DNA of 63,902 nt, filler included, from Octopus bimaculoides (Eukaryota), in NCBI RefSeq assembly GCF_001194135.2. It is 4 parts of 4 records of this genome, joined end to end, with 100 filler letters (N's around TTAATTAATTAA, not from the genome) between each part and the next. Parts side by side here need not be neighbours in the genome. Positions count along the whole stretch, not along the records: positions 22,586 to 54,536 come from NC_068984.1; 3 more parts are not named here. The stretch is one strand, 5' to 3'. Below are positions 39,350 to 50,930 of this stretch, in pieces. The notes beneath the pieces are model-generated. The model saw nothing but the letters and a program-made list of their open reading frames with translations, was not told the origin of the DNA and ran no database searches. Position numbers and translations under genes: made by a program. Each line of letters starts with the position of its first letter. Within the stretch, counting starts at the first letter, position 1.

Positions 39350-39782
39350 ATATATACACTGAACTATTGAGGAATCTACAGCTACCCTATCCAGATTGCA
39401 AGTTCAGGTTTATACCTGTAATTATTGGGATACTGGGATATACTGCCTGTATACCAATTGAGAATTTAAGCTTCTCAAAACCAGAAAGTAGAAAGCTGAT
39501 TCAAAGACTACAGATCCGAGCCATCACCAGAACTAAACAAATTTACTAGTAGTTTATCATTTAAGTATATATGAACATGTCTGGAGATACAACTATATGC
39601 ATGAGAATATATTTTTTAAAAAATCATACAAATCTGCACATATACATACATGTATACCAAAATACCCTGTTGATGTTGAAATTCCAATGAAGGAGCCTTA
39701 GATCTAGGTTAGAAACTGGCTCTTTCTCAATTACCAAGAAATCTTGAAATAAAATTGAATAATGACATACATACATACATAT
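39350..39782 (+). mobile_element. R4/Dong/NeSL-type RLE non-LTR retrotransposon 3' end with (ACAT)n tail
   Basis: YTELLRNLQLPYPDCKFRFIPVIIGILGY..KLIQRLQIRAITRT fits RLE C-terminus; followed by 3' UTR, AATAAA and (CATA)n. Confidence 0.75.
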
Positions 39783-40015
39783 CATATTTGATACATTTTT
39801 TTCCCTCCAAATATATGCCTCAAAGAAAAATCATTCAAGGTCTTATATTCTGAGTCAAGCCTATAATATATGCTTTCATTAACTAAAATCAAATTTTCCT
39901 GATTATGTTCTGCTGAAATTCAGATACATCTAATATGCCTGATATGCTCATACATCTTTTATGCAATCAAGTATGGTGTGTGTGTGTGAGTGTGTGTGTG
40001 CGTGTGTGTGTGTGC

Positions 40016-40063
<48 letters not shown>

Positions 40064-40513
40064 AATAAATTGAGATTATTTAATCATGATAATGAGCAGG
40101 TTTACAGTTACGATGGTCACATGACAAAGAGATTTTACAAATTGAGAAGAAATTTTTGAATCTACATCTCAGGATTCACAGGAGGAATTTGATTTGTCAG
40201 CATCATAGATATGAGATTATGTCATCTGGGTTGCCATGACAAGCATCATAATTTTGGGAACAAAACTGTTATGAAAGTACAATGATATGAGGAAAAAAAT
40301 TTTACTGTTTAATATTTTATATATTCATGCGTTTGAAAATAAGGGGCAGAGGGAATTAAGAGATAAATAAGTATTGATGCACTGATATCTACACCTTAAT
40401 GTATCTGTATGGGGTAAAATGGAATATGAAGGGCTACCAAAAATTCAGGTACAAATCATTTTAAAGAAATAAAATACTTGTGTTTGTGTGTGTGTGTGTG
40501 TATATATATATAT

Positions 40514-40704
40514 AGGAGAATATACGAAAAAACAACAACAGATGAGGACAGGTGGTGTAAATAACAAAAGGATGTAATAGTATGACGCTCGGGAATACGG
40601 AAAGTCTTTGACGTTTCGAGCTACGCTCTTCAACAGAAAGAATACGGAGACAAGGAGAAAAACACGGAGAAAAAAAATTGAATAGTGTCCAGTCAACGGT
40701 CATC
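40514..40704 (-). mobile_element. Short (TA)n-embedded element carrying a variant hammerhead motif (family H1)
   Basis: Homologous + copies at ~45500-45652 and ~50855-51022, tail fragment at ~33262-33306. Confidence 0.75.
40606..40640 (-). ncRNA. Minimal type-I hammerhead-like motif, CUGUUGA core
   Basis: CUUU CUGUUGA A GAGC-GUA-GCUC GAAA C GUC AAAG; stems I and II pair; core position 6 deviates. Confidence 0.55.
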
Positions 40705-40851
40705 ATATATATATATATGCATGTATATAATTTTCCGAATCATCAGATCTTTTTCAATATGCTAGGCCACTGGTTTAAATCGATATTAATCTAATTAATA
40801 TCAATTTTTACCCTTATTATTTAAATTTATATATATGCATGCATGTATATG

Positions 40852-40895
<44 letters not shown>

Positions 40896-40983
40896 GCAGC
40901 TGAGGAGTACATTTTCATTGCACATCTTATGTGGTGTTCTCACTACATAAATAAATGAAGTTTTTACGAAATGTACGTACTGC
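40896..40983 (+). ncRNA. Type-I hammerhead ribozyme, canonical core, extended stem II
   Basis: GCAG CUGAGGA GUA..UAC GAAA UGUAC GUA|CUGC; predicted cleavage after A40979. Confidence 0.75.
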
Positions 40984-41117
40984 TATAACCCAATACATTT
41001 TAGTTGGTTTTCTTCAAATTTTATTCACCAAATCTCTTGATTTTGTTTTGGGTTTTTACCCTACCAAATTCTGGTGCCACAAACATTTTAAGTACCACAT
41101 TTAATCTTTTGATTAAA

Positions 41118-41198
<81 letters not shown>

Positions 41199-41264
41199 AG
41201 AGAAATTGCAAGAAGGTCAGGCGCAGTATAGGTGAGAAGATTACAATGATATAAGGGAGTCAAA

Positions 41265-41520
41265 AATCCATGTGTGGAGAGCAGGGCTGTGTGTTGTGTT
41301 CTTGAGCAAGACACTTTATTTCACATCGCTCCAGTTCACTCAGCTGTAAAGATGTGATGCAAAATCACTGAAGCCGAGATATATCAGCTTTTGCCTTTCT
41401 TGGATAACTTCAGTAGCATGGAGATGAGAGGCTGGCATGCATGGGCTACTGCTGGGCTTTTATAAACAACCTTGCCCACCCTTGTGCCTTGGGAAAGAAC
41501 AGTTTAGGTGCACCCCGTGA
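41265..41520 (+). mobile_element. SINE family D
   Basis: GTGTTGTGTTCTTGAGCAAGACAC..CTCCAGTTCACTCAGCTG. Confidence 0.7.
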
Positions 41521-41759
41521 TCATTCCTGACCTGAGGGTATCCTTCCTTTAGGGTGATTGTGTGAGAAGCAGCAGCACTGTCCTAGCTATGGTAGCAGTG
41601 CTCCATTATTGATTTCACCTAAGCTTTGTAAGACAACCAGTAATTGCTTGGGGTTGGATTATTTCCTCACTCCGATGAGAAAAGGCTTGCAAATGGGATG
41701 CTTAATTATGTGGATTTGCTGGTGTAGATCTGCAATGACAGCACAAAATCATAGTGTTT

Positions 41760-42659
41760 GAAGTGATAGTAATTGTGTTGTGTTGTTGTTGTTGTTGGTG
41801 ATGATGGTGGCAGTGGTAGTGGCAGTGATGGGGGTAGCAACGATGGTGATGGGGTGGCAGCAATGGTGGTGGCAGTGGTGATGCTGTAGTGGTGGCGGTG
41901 GTGGTGTTGGTTGTGGTGTTGGTGGTGGTGGTGACAGTGGTTGTAGCAGTGATGGTGTTGGTGGTGGTGGTGTTAGTGGTGTTAGTGGTGGTGGTGGTAT
42001 TGGTAGTAATGTTGGTGGTATTGGTAGTAGTGTTGGTAGTGACAGTGGTGGTGGAAGCATTGGTGTTAGTGGTGGTCGCCACCATCATTGTGGTATTGGT
42101 GGTGATGGTGGTGGTGTTAGTGGGTGGTATTGGTAGTAGTGTTGGTGTTGGTGGTGACAATGGTGGTAGAGGCAATGGTAGTGGTGGTGGTGGTGGTAGT
42201 GGTGTTAGCGGTGGTGGTCATCGCCATCATTGTGGTATTGATGGTGGTGGTGGTGGCATTGATGATGATAATATTGCTTCACAATACCAATGATGATGAA
42301 GACAACATTGATGACCATGATTAATGACAATGGTATTGGTGGTGGTGGTGGTGGTGGTGATGGTGATGGTGCAAGTTGTGGTGACGGTGTTGATAGTGCT
42401 GTTGGTGGTTGTGGTGATGATGTTGGCAATGATGACAAAGACAATGATGGAAGATGATAGCTTTGGGTGATGGTGATAAGGACAATGTCAGCAACAATGA
42501 CAATGAAAATGATGGTGATGATGTTGATGATGATGATGAGGAGGAGGAGGAGGAGGAAGAAGAGGATTGGTGGTGGTGATGAGGAGGAGAATGAGGATGA
42601 GGATGATGATGGTGATGATGATGAGGATGAGGATGATGATGAGGATGATGATGATGATG

Positions 42660-42693
<34 letters not shown>

Positions 42694-42722
42694 GGATGAG
42701 GATGATGAGGATGATGATGATG

Positions 42723-42753
<31 letters not shown>

Positions 42754-42778
42754 CGTTGATGATGACGTTGATGATGAC

Positions 42779-42826
<48 letters not shown>

Positions 42827-42980
42827 AATGATGAAGATGATGATGATCGGCGGTGGTGGTGCTGCTACTGCTGCTCCAGGGAGGGGGTAGTTGTGCTACT
42901 ACTGCTGCTGTTGCTGCTGCTGCAGTTCTTGGTACTGATGCCGGTGCCGGTGCTGGTGGGTGGTTCGATGAAGGAGAAGA
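41760..42980. repeat. Mosaic (GGT)/(GAT)/(GAG) trinucleotide low-complexity tract
   Basis: Direct reading. Confidence 0.95.
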
Positions 42981-43579
42981 AATCCTGAAATGTCAAGTGA
43001 TTTGCCTAAAGAAGATTTCTCTTGTAATATCAGACACCATCAGCATCCCAACTGTGTGCAGGCTTATGTGTGTGCTTGTGAGTGAATGTGTGTGTGTGTG
43101 TATGTGCATGCATGAGCGTGTGCATGTGTGTGGTGGCAGTTTATGTGCTGTTTCTGTGTGTGCATATGTTAATGTGTATGCATATGTACGATATTAGTTT
43201 ATACATGCATAGGTGTGTGTGTGTGTGTGTGTGTGTGCGTGTGTGTGTGCATGTGTGTGTATAAATGTGTATCTCAGTGATCTATGAGGCTGACTGCATC
43301 ATTCAGACTTTCCAATATTTAATGGAACGAAATAAATAACTACATAAATATATATATATAAAAAAAAACATCTGAAGAAAGGAATATAGAGTTGCCATAT
43401 ATTGTGTATGTGTATGTGCATTTATGTATGAGTGCATTGCTCTGTGTGTGCGTGTGTGTGTGTGTGTGTGTGTTTGTGTGTGTGTGGATGCATGTACACG
43501 TGCATGGGTGTGTGTCTGTGTGTGAGTGCATGCATGCGTTTGTGTGCACACATGAGTTGTTACATTGAAATGACGTAGA

Positions 43580-44180
43580 AGGAATCTAGAAAACTGAATA
43601 TCATTATTACTGTTCTTGTCATCATCCTCATCATCATTATCTCAAGTTGATCATCATCATCATCATCATCATCACCACTATAATTATTAACTTCAGCACC
43701 ATCATCATCATCATCATAAGAATAATCATTGTCGTCGGCATCGTCGTTACTGTTGTCGTCATCATCATTGTCATTGTCATTGCAACTGTCATCGTTGTTT
43801 AGCGTCATCATTGCCCTCCTCCACTTCTTCCTCATCATCGTCATCATCATCATCATCATCGTCATCGTCCTGGCTAGAAGGTCTTTAATCAATAGGCCCC
43901 AGGCTACACAATGACATCATGCCTGCCACCATCACCATCACCATCACTACCAACACCACCATCACCATTATCATCATTGTCACTGTCATCATCGTCACTG
44001 TCATCATTGTTGACATCATCGCCACCCTCCTCCTCCTCCTCCTCCTCAACATCATCATCATCATCATCATCATAGTCATCATCAACCTGGTTGGAATGCT
44101 TTTAACCTGAGTTAACTTAGGGCTACACAACATCACATTTGCTACCCCCATCATCATCATCATCATCATCATCATTAATA
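43580..44180. repeat. Mosaic (ATC)/(ACC)/(GTC) trinucleotide tract
   Basis: Direct reading. Confidence 0.9.
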
Positions 44181-44640
44181 TGTGCAATACATTAACCAGA
44201 CACTCTCCCTAAATGAACTACAAAAGGAGCTTCAAAATGGCCTTCTAAACAAGATGCAATAGAAACAGCTGCAAAATACCCCATACGCCACCACTACCAC
44301 CACCATAAATCACATGTTGTTGTCTTAAGAATTGGAAGGGTACATTGCTTACCGTAGTACCAGATGCAGAATGTCAGAAAACGAATATATNNNNNNNNNN
44401 NNNNNNNNNNNNNNNNNNNNNNNNNNNNNNNNNNNNNNNNNNNNNNNNNNNNNNNNNNNNNNNNNNNNNNNNNNNNNNNNNNNNNNNNNNNNNNNNNNNN
44501 NNNNNNNNNNNNNNNNNNNNNNNNNNNNNNNNNNNNNNNNNNNNNNNNNNNNNNNNNNNNNNNNNNNNNNNNNNNNNNNNNNNNNNNNNNNNNNNNNNNN
44601 NNNNNNNNNNNNNNNTATATATATATATATATATATATAT

Positions 44641-44925
44641 ATCATCATCATCGTTTAATGTCCGCTTTCCATGCTAGCATGGGTTGGACGATTTGACTGA
44701 GGACTGGGGAAACCGGATGGCAATGTAAAAGCACCTGTGCACTACCACATAAAAACACCCAGCAGCACACTCGGTAAAGTGGTTGGTGTTAGGAAGGGCC
44801 CCCACGTGTAGAAATCATACCAAATCAGACTGGAGTCTGGTGCAGTTACCCCAGCTTACTAGTTCTGGTCAGACTGTCCAACCCATTCCAGCATGAACAA
44901 CAGACGTTAAATGATGATGAGGATG
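44641..44925. mobile_element. Two family E fragments in opposite orientation
   Basis: (CAT)n CGTTTAATGTCCGC at 44641; ..AGACGTTAAATGATGATG at 44900. Confidence 0.7.
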
Positions 44926-44975
44926 ATATTTATCTATTTATCTATCTATCTTTTTATCTATCTATATGTGTGTTT

Positions 44976-45012
<37 letters not shown>

Positions 45013-45074
45013 TGTATTTTTGCATGTATATGTAATATGTATGTAGTATGCATTTGTGTATGTGTGTCTTTGTG

Positions 45075-45265
45075 TATGTGTTAGTTCCCTAGCACTATTT
45101 GACAATCGGTTTTGGCACATTTACATCCCAGTAACTTAGCAGTTCGGCAAAAGACACAACAGAATAAGTGCCACACTTTAAAAAAATAAATACTGGAGCT
45201 GATTTGTTTGATTAAAACTCTCCAAGACACTGCCCCAGCATGGCCACTGTCCAATAATAAAACAA
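45075..45265 (+). mobile_element. SINE family B, 3' half
   Basis: TTGACAA..GTAACTTAGCAGTTCGGCAAAAG..CCCCAGCATGGCC. Confidence 0.7.
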
Positions 45266-45522
45266 ACATTATTTCAAGTTGTATCGTTTTTCAATTTTAA
45301 ATCATTCTTTAAAGAAATTAATGGGGAAAATAAACCACAAATTCAATAGATTTATCCAAATTTATGTTGGTCTCAGCAAATATATTCAAAATTATAAAAA
45401 TTACCCCCTTCCCCCCACAAAAATACCTAAATATCAGTACTAAAGTGGAATTTTTACACAATATTTTCTCTGATTTTTTTTTTCTTTTTTCATTCTCTCT
45501 CCATTTTTCCCCACTTCTCAAT

Positions 45523-45560
45523 CCTTTCTGTCAAAGAGCGTAGGCTCGAAATGTCAAAGG
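45523..45560 (+). ncRNA. Decayed family H1 hammerhead-like motif
   Basis: CCUUU CUGUCAA A GAGC-GUAG-GCUC GAAA U GUC AAAGG; core G8 lost. Confidence 0.4.
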
Positions 45561-45654
45561 CTTTTCCATTCTTCCCGAGCATCATACTAATACAACTGTT
45601 TGTTGTTCCCTCACTTGTCTTCATTTTTTGCATTCTGTAAACTTGAACTATATA

Positions 45655-45735
<81 letters not shown>

Positions 45736-46414
45736 NNNNNNNNNNNNNNNNNNNNNNNNNNNNNNNNNNNNNNNNNNNNNNNNNNNNNNNNNNNNNNNNN
45801 NNNNNNNNNNNNNNNNNNNNNNNNNNNNNNNNNNNNNNNNNNNNNNNNNNNNNNNNNNNNNNNNNNNNNNNNNNNNNNNNNNNNNNNNNNNNNNNNNNNN
45901 NNNNNNNNNNNNNNNNNNNNNNNNNNNNNNNNNNNNNNNNNNNNNNNNNNNNNNNNNNNNNNNNNNNNNNNNNNNNNNNNNNNNNNNNNNNNNNNNNNNN
46001 NNNNNNNNNNNNNNNNNNNNNNNNNNNNNNNNNNNNNNNNNNNNNNNNNNNNNNNNNNNNNNNNNNNNNNNNNNNNNNNNNNNNNNNNNNNNNNNNNNNN
46101 NNNNNNNNNNNNNNNNNNNNNNNNNNNNNNNNNNNNNNNNNNNNNNNNNNNNNNNNNNNNNNNNNNNNNNNNNNNNNNNNNNNNNNNNNNNNNNNNNNNN
46201 NNNNNNNNNNNNNNNNNNNNNNNNNNNNNNNNNNNNNNNNNNNNNNNNNNNNNNNNNNNNNNNNNNNNNNNNNNNNNNNNNNNNNNNNNNNNNNNNNNNN
46301 NNNNNNNNNNNNNNNNNNNNNNNNNNNNNNNNNNNNNNNNNNNNNNNNNNNNNNNNNNNNNNNNNNNNNNNNNNNNNNNNNNNNNNNNNNNNNNNNNNNN
46401 NNNNNNNNNNNNNN

Positions 46415-46469
<55 letters not shown>

Positions 46470-46509
46470 TATGCATCATATAAAGATATATATATATACA
46501 CATGCTCAA

Positions 46510-46665
46510 TGGGCTTCTTTTAGTTTCTGTCTACCAAATACCGTCACAAGGTCTTGGTCGGCTCGAGGCTATAGTAGAAGACACTTGCCCAAGGTGCCAA
46601 GCTGTGAGACTGAACCTGGAACCATGTGGTTAGGAAACAAGCTTCTTACCACACAGCTACACCTG
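46510..46665 (-). mobile_element. SINE family B, 5' half
   Basis: Reverse complement of 46828-46985. Confidence 0.8.
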
Positions 46666-46827
46666 CACCTACCAATTGTTGTTGGTACTCCATCGCTTAC
46701 AACGTCGAGGGTTCCAGTTGATCTGATCAACGGAACNNNNNNNNNNTATATATATATATATATATATAAGTGCAGCAGTGACTATATGACACAACATTAA
46801 AAAATTATTTTTATGGATTTATTGTAG

Positions 46828-47208
46828 GTACAAGTATGGCTGTGTGGTAAGAAACTTGCTTCTGAACCACATGGTTCCAGGTTCAGTCCCACCATGTTGC
46901 ACTTTGGGCAAGTGTCTTCTATTATAGTTTCAGGCTGACCAAAGCCTTGTCAGTGGATTCGGTAGATGGAAACAGTAAGAAGCCTGTTGTATATAATCAT
47001 ATATATATATATATATAAGTATGTATATATATGTATGTGTGTGGGGGTGTTAGTGTGTCTGTGTTTGTCCCCTCCACCCTTGCTTGACAACCACTACAGA
47101 CTGATAGAATAAGTACTTAGCTTACAAAATATAAGTCCTGGGGTCGATTTATTCAACAAAAAGTGGTGCTCCAGCATGGCTGTATGCAATTGTCTGAAAC
47201 AAGTAAGA
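46828..47208 (+). mobile_element. SINE family B, near full-length
   Basis: Head, (TA)/(GT) spacer, tail. Confidence 0.85.
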
Positions 47209-47209
47209 A

Positions 47210-47244
<35 letters not shown>

Positions 47245-47820
47245 NNNNNNNNNNNNNNNNNNNNNNNNNNNNNNNNNNNNNNNNNNNNNNNNNNNNNNNN
47301 NNNNNNNNNNNNNNNNNNNNNNNNNNNNNNNNNNNNNNNNNNNNNNNNNNNNNNNNNNNNNNNNNNNNNNNNNNNNNNNNNNNNNNNNNNNNNNNNNNNN
47401 NNNNNNNNNNNNNNNNNNNNNNNNNNNNNNNNNNNNNNNNNNNNNNNNNNNNNNNNNNNNNNNNNNNNNNNNNNNNNNNNNNNNNNNNNNNNNNNNNNNN
47501 NNNNNNNNNNNNNNNNNNNNNNNNNNNNNNNNNNNNNNNNNNNNNNNNNNNNNNNNNNNNNNNNNNNNNNNNNNNNNNNNNNNNNNNNNNNNNNNNNNNN
47601 NNNNNNNNNNNNNNNNNNNNNNNNNNNNNNNNNNNNNNNNNNNNNNNNNNNNNNNNNNNNNNNNNNNNNNNNNNNNNNNNNNNNNNNNNNNNNNNNNNNN
47701 NNNNNNNNNNNNNNNNNNNNNNNNNNNNNNNNNNNNNNNNNNNNNNNNNNNNNNNNNNNNNNNNNNNNNNNNNNNNNNNNNNNNNNNNNNNNNNNNNNNN
47801 NNNNNNNNNNNNNNNNNNNA

Positions 47821-47953
47821 CTATCCCTTGCCGGAGCCTCGTGGAGCTTTAGGTGTTTTCGCTCAATAAACACTCACAATGCCTGGCCTGGGAATCGAAA
47901 CCGCGGTCCTATGACCGCGAGTCCGCTGCCCTAACCACTGGGCCATTGCGCCT
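47821..47953 (-). mobile_element. SINE family C head
   Basis: Reverse complement of GGCGCAATGGCCCAGTGGTTAGGGCAGCGGACTCGCGGTC (tRNA A and B boxes). Confidence 0.9.
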
Positions 47954-48071
47954 CCACTGCACCTACCATAAATTCATAAAAATGATTTTTTAATTTCGTA
48001 TGTGTATTTTGTGTGCAACGCCAAAACAATGCCAGATCATACATTCAAAATAAATGGAAGTGGAGAGACAA

Positions 48072-48112
48072 GTTACTGAAGAGATTGCAAGAGTGCAATG
48101 AAATAATTTAAC
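48072..48112 (+). ncRNA. Minimal type-I hammerhead ribozyme, canonical core
   Basis: GUUA CUGAAGA G AUUGCA-AGAG-UGCAAU GAAA UAA UU|UAAC. Confidence 0.7.
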
Positions 48113-48519
48113 AAAAAACTATATAAATATAAATTAATAAAGGACTGAACCAGTGCGTGTGTTTATTACCGGCATAATGCCTCTCCCAAGGTTTAATTGG
48201 ATTTTTTTATGTTATGTCATTTTACGAGTTAAGTAGCGTCTCAATACCAATTACTGACATATGTTAAGGTATGCCTGTATATATTGTTACAGAGGTTAGC
48301 TACCCATGCAAGACGTGAGTATCTTTTTCAAGATCAGTGACGTCTTTGAAACGTTACCCTATCTTGTATATCGAATGTGTGAATACATATGTACAGATAG
48401 TGAAGATATGCTGTACCTATGCATGAATACACATAGATATACAGATATGGAAGTTTGGAGAGCCAGACTTTTGATGTGGATAATTTTGGTTAATATTTGC
48501 TTCGTCAGGTCTCTTGCTC

Positions 48520-48832
48520 CCACTCTCTCTTTCTCCAACCCACTCATTCTCTATCTTATTCTCTCTCTCTCTCTCCATTTCCAACCCTCTCATGTCTCCA
48601 TCCCTCTTATTCTCTCTACTCTCCTCTCTCACCCTCTCTCTGACTCTCACTTTCCATCCCTCTCTCTCTCTCACCCTTTCTCTCTCACCTTTTCTCTCTC
48701 CTTCCCCCTCATTCTCTCTGCATCTCCCTCTCCCCACACTCTCTTCCCTCCACTCTCTCACTCTCTCTCTCTCACTCTCTCACTCTCTCTCTTTCTAAGA
48801 TAAAGTTAAACCCAGATAAGCTGTAACATTAT

Positions 48833-48887
<55 letters not shown>

Positions 48888-49030
48888 AACGACGACTAGT
48901 GACGATGGTGGTGGTGGTGGTGATGGTGGAAGTGCTAGTGGTAGTAATGGTGCTGGCAGAGGTAGTGGTGGTGGTGGTGATGATGATCATGATGATGATG
49001 CTGATGCTGCTGATGATGATGACTTGTTTT
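48520..49030. repeat. (CT)n-rich tract followed by (GAT)n/(GGT)n
   Basis: Direct reading. Confidence 0.9.
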
Positions 49031-49123
49031 AAACAGTTCAAGGAGAAATTTCATGAAACAGCAAAAAAGTAAACAACGCACAAAAAAAAAAAATCTAAGC
49101 CCCCTCATACACACACGTGTGTA

Positions 49124-49164
<41 letters not shown>

Positions 49165-49326
49165 CAAAATATAAAAAATATCATAAAATGCCAAATGTCA
49201 TCAACAGACAGTTGCAAAGTTCATGTGGGAAATAAATTGATTAAAATCGAATTTTCTTTTTCTTGAATTCGTTGTGGTTGCAATAAGCATTAAACATTCA
49301 TGTTTATTATAACATGTACATATAAT

Positions 49327-49363
<37 letters not shown>

Positions 49364-50448
49364 TAATAATAATAATAGTAACAACTTTGTAATAACATTG
49401 TTTTGTGCAAATATGCATTTGTGCATGTATGTCTATTTGTTTAATATCAATTTTAACATACTAGCATGGTAAAATGGATGTTAAATAGGATAGAGTAAGA
49501 TATCCAAGGCAGAATTTTTATGGATGGGTGCTCTTCCTGTTGCTAACCCTTAACTGATTTGCAAATTCTTTTACTTTTTTTTTTTNNNNNNNNNNNNNNN
49601 NNNNNNNNNNNNNNNNNNNNNNNNNNNNNNNNNNNNNNNNNNNNNNNNNNNNNNNNNNNNNNNNNNNNNNNNNNNNNNNNNNNNNNNNNNNNNNNNNNNN
49701 NNNNNNNNNNNNNNNNNNNNNNNNNNNNNNNNNNNNNNNNNNNNNNNNNNNNNNNNNNNNNNNNNNNNNNNNNNNNNNNNNNNNNNNNNNNNNNNNNNNN
49801 NNNNNNNNNNNNNNNNNNNNNNNNNNNNNNNNNNNNNNNNNNNNNNNNNNNNNNNNNNNNNNNNNNNNNNNNNNNNNNNNNNNNNNNNNNNNNNNNNNNN
49901 NNNNNNNNNNNNNNNNNNNNNNNNNNNNNNNNNNNNNNNNNNNNNNNNNNNNNNNNNNNNNNNNNNNNNNNNNNNNNNNNNNNNNNNNNNNNNNNNNNNN
50001 NNNNNNNNNNNNNNNNNNNNNNNNNNNNNNNNNNNNNNNNNNNNNNNNNNNNNNNNNNNNNNNNNNNNNNNNNNNNNNNNNNNNNNNNNNNNNNNNNNNN
50101 NNNNNNNNNNNNNNNNNNNNNNNNNNNNNNNNNNNNNNNNNNNNNNNNNNNNNNNNNNNNNNNNNNNNNNNNNNNNNNNNNNNNNNNNNNNNNNNNNNNN
50201 NNNNNNNNNNNNNNNNNNNNNNNNNNNNNNNNNNNNNNNNNNNNNNNNNNNNNNNNNNNNNNNNNNNNNNNNNNNNNNNNNNNNNNNNNNNNNNNNNNNN
50301 NNNNNNNNNNNNNNNNNNNNNNNNNNNNNNNNNNNNNNNNNNNNNNNNNNNNNNNNNNNNNNNNNNNNNNNNNNNNNNNNNNNNNNNNNNNNNNNNNNNN
50401 NNNNNNNNNNNNNNNNNNNNNNNNNNNNNNNNNNNNNNNNNNNNNNNN

Positions 50449-50722
50449 CCAAAGCCTTGTGAGTGGATTTGGTAGACGGAAACTGAAAGAAGCCCGTCGT
50501 ATATATGTATATATATATATATTTTGTTTGTGTGTCTGTGTTTGTCCCTCCACCATCGCTTGACAACCAATGCTGGTATGTTTATGTCCCCGTAACTTAG
50601 CGATAGAATAAGTACTGGGCTTCCAAAGAATAAGTCCTGGGGTCAATTTGCTCAACTAAAGGTGGTGCTCCAGCATGGCCACAGTCAAATGATTGAAACA
50701 AGTAAAAGAGAGTAAAAAAGAG
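50449..50722 (+). mobile_element. SINE family B (head in gap)
   Basis: Well-preserved copy of the middle and tail modules. Confidence 0.85.
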
Positions 50723-50894
50723 AGTATATGTGTGTGTGTGTGTGTGTGTACATATATATCTATATATAAATACATACATATAATATCCATATGCATATAA
50801 ATGTGAGTGTGTTCATGTGTATGTATATATATATGTTGGACCACTGAACTCAACACGGTTTTTTTATTCCCTGTCTTTTTATTTCCTCTTATTC

Positions 50895-50930
50895 CTTTCT
50901 GTTGAAGAGCAAAGACTTGAAACGTAAAAG
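50895..50930 (+). ncRNA. Decayed family H1 hammerhead-like motif
   Basis: CUUU CUGUUGA A GAGC..GAAA C GUA AAAG; stem II eroded. Confidence 0.4.

Noticed and set aside
39680-39730. CCAAUGA..GAAAC motif in the R4-like 3' UTR; similar GAAAC/CUGAUGA in the Hero 3' UTR (21210-21245)
   Set aside because: Core mismatches and no consistent stem I/II pairing; not counted as hammerheads.
41702-44187. Long poly-T/V/D/M/H ORFs, including an acidic 173-aa ORF at 42467
   Set aside because: Trinucleotide repeats are open in several frames on both strands; no splice signals or non-repetitive domain.
47821-47953. tRNA-like sequences here and at 53635
   Set aside because: A and B boxes are present but continue into SINE bodies with no acceptor stem; they are SINE heads, not tRNA genes.
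49518-50655. ORFs of 200-415 aa containing X runs
   Set aside because: They only span assembly gaps.
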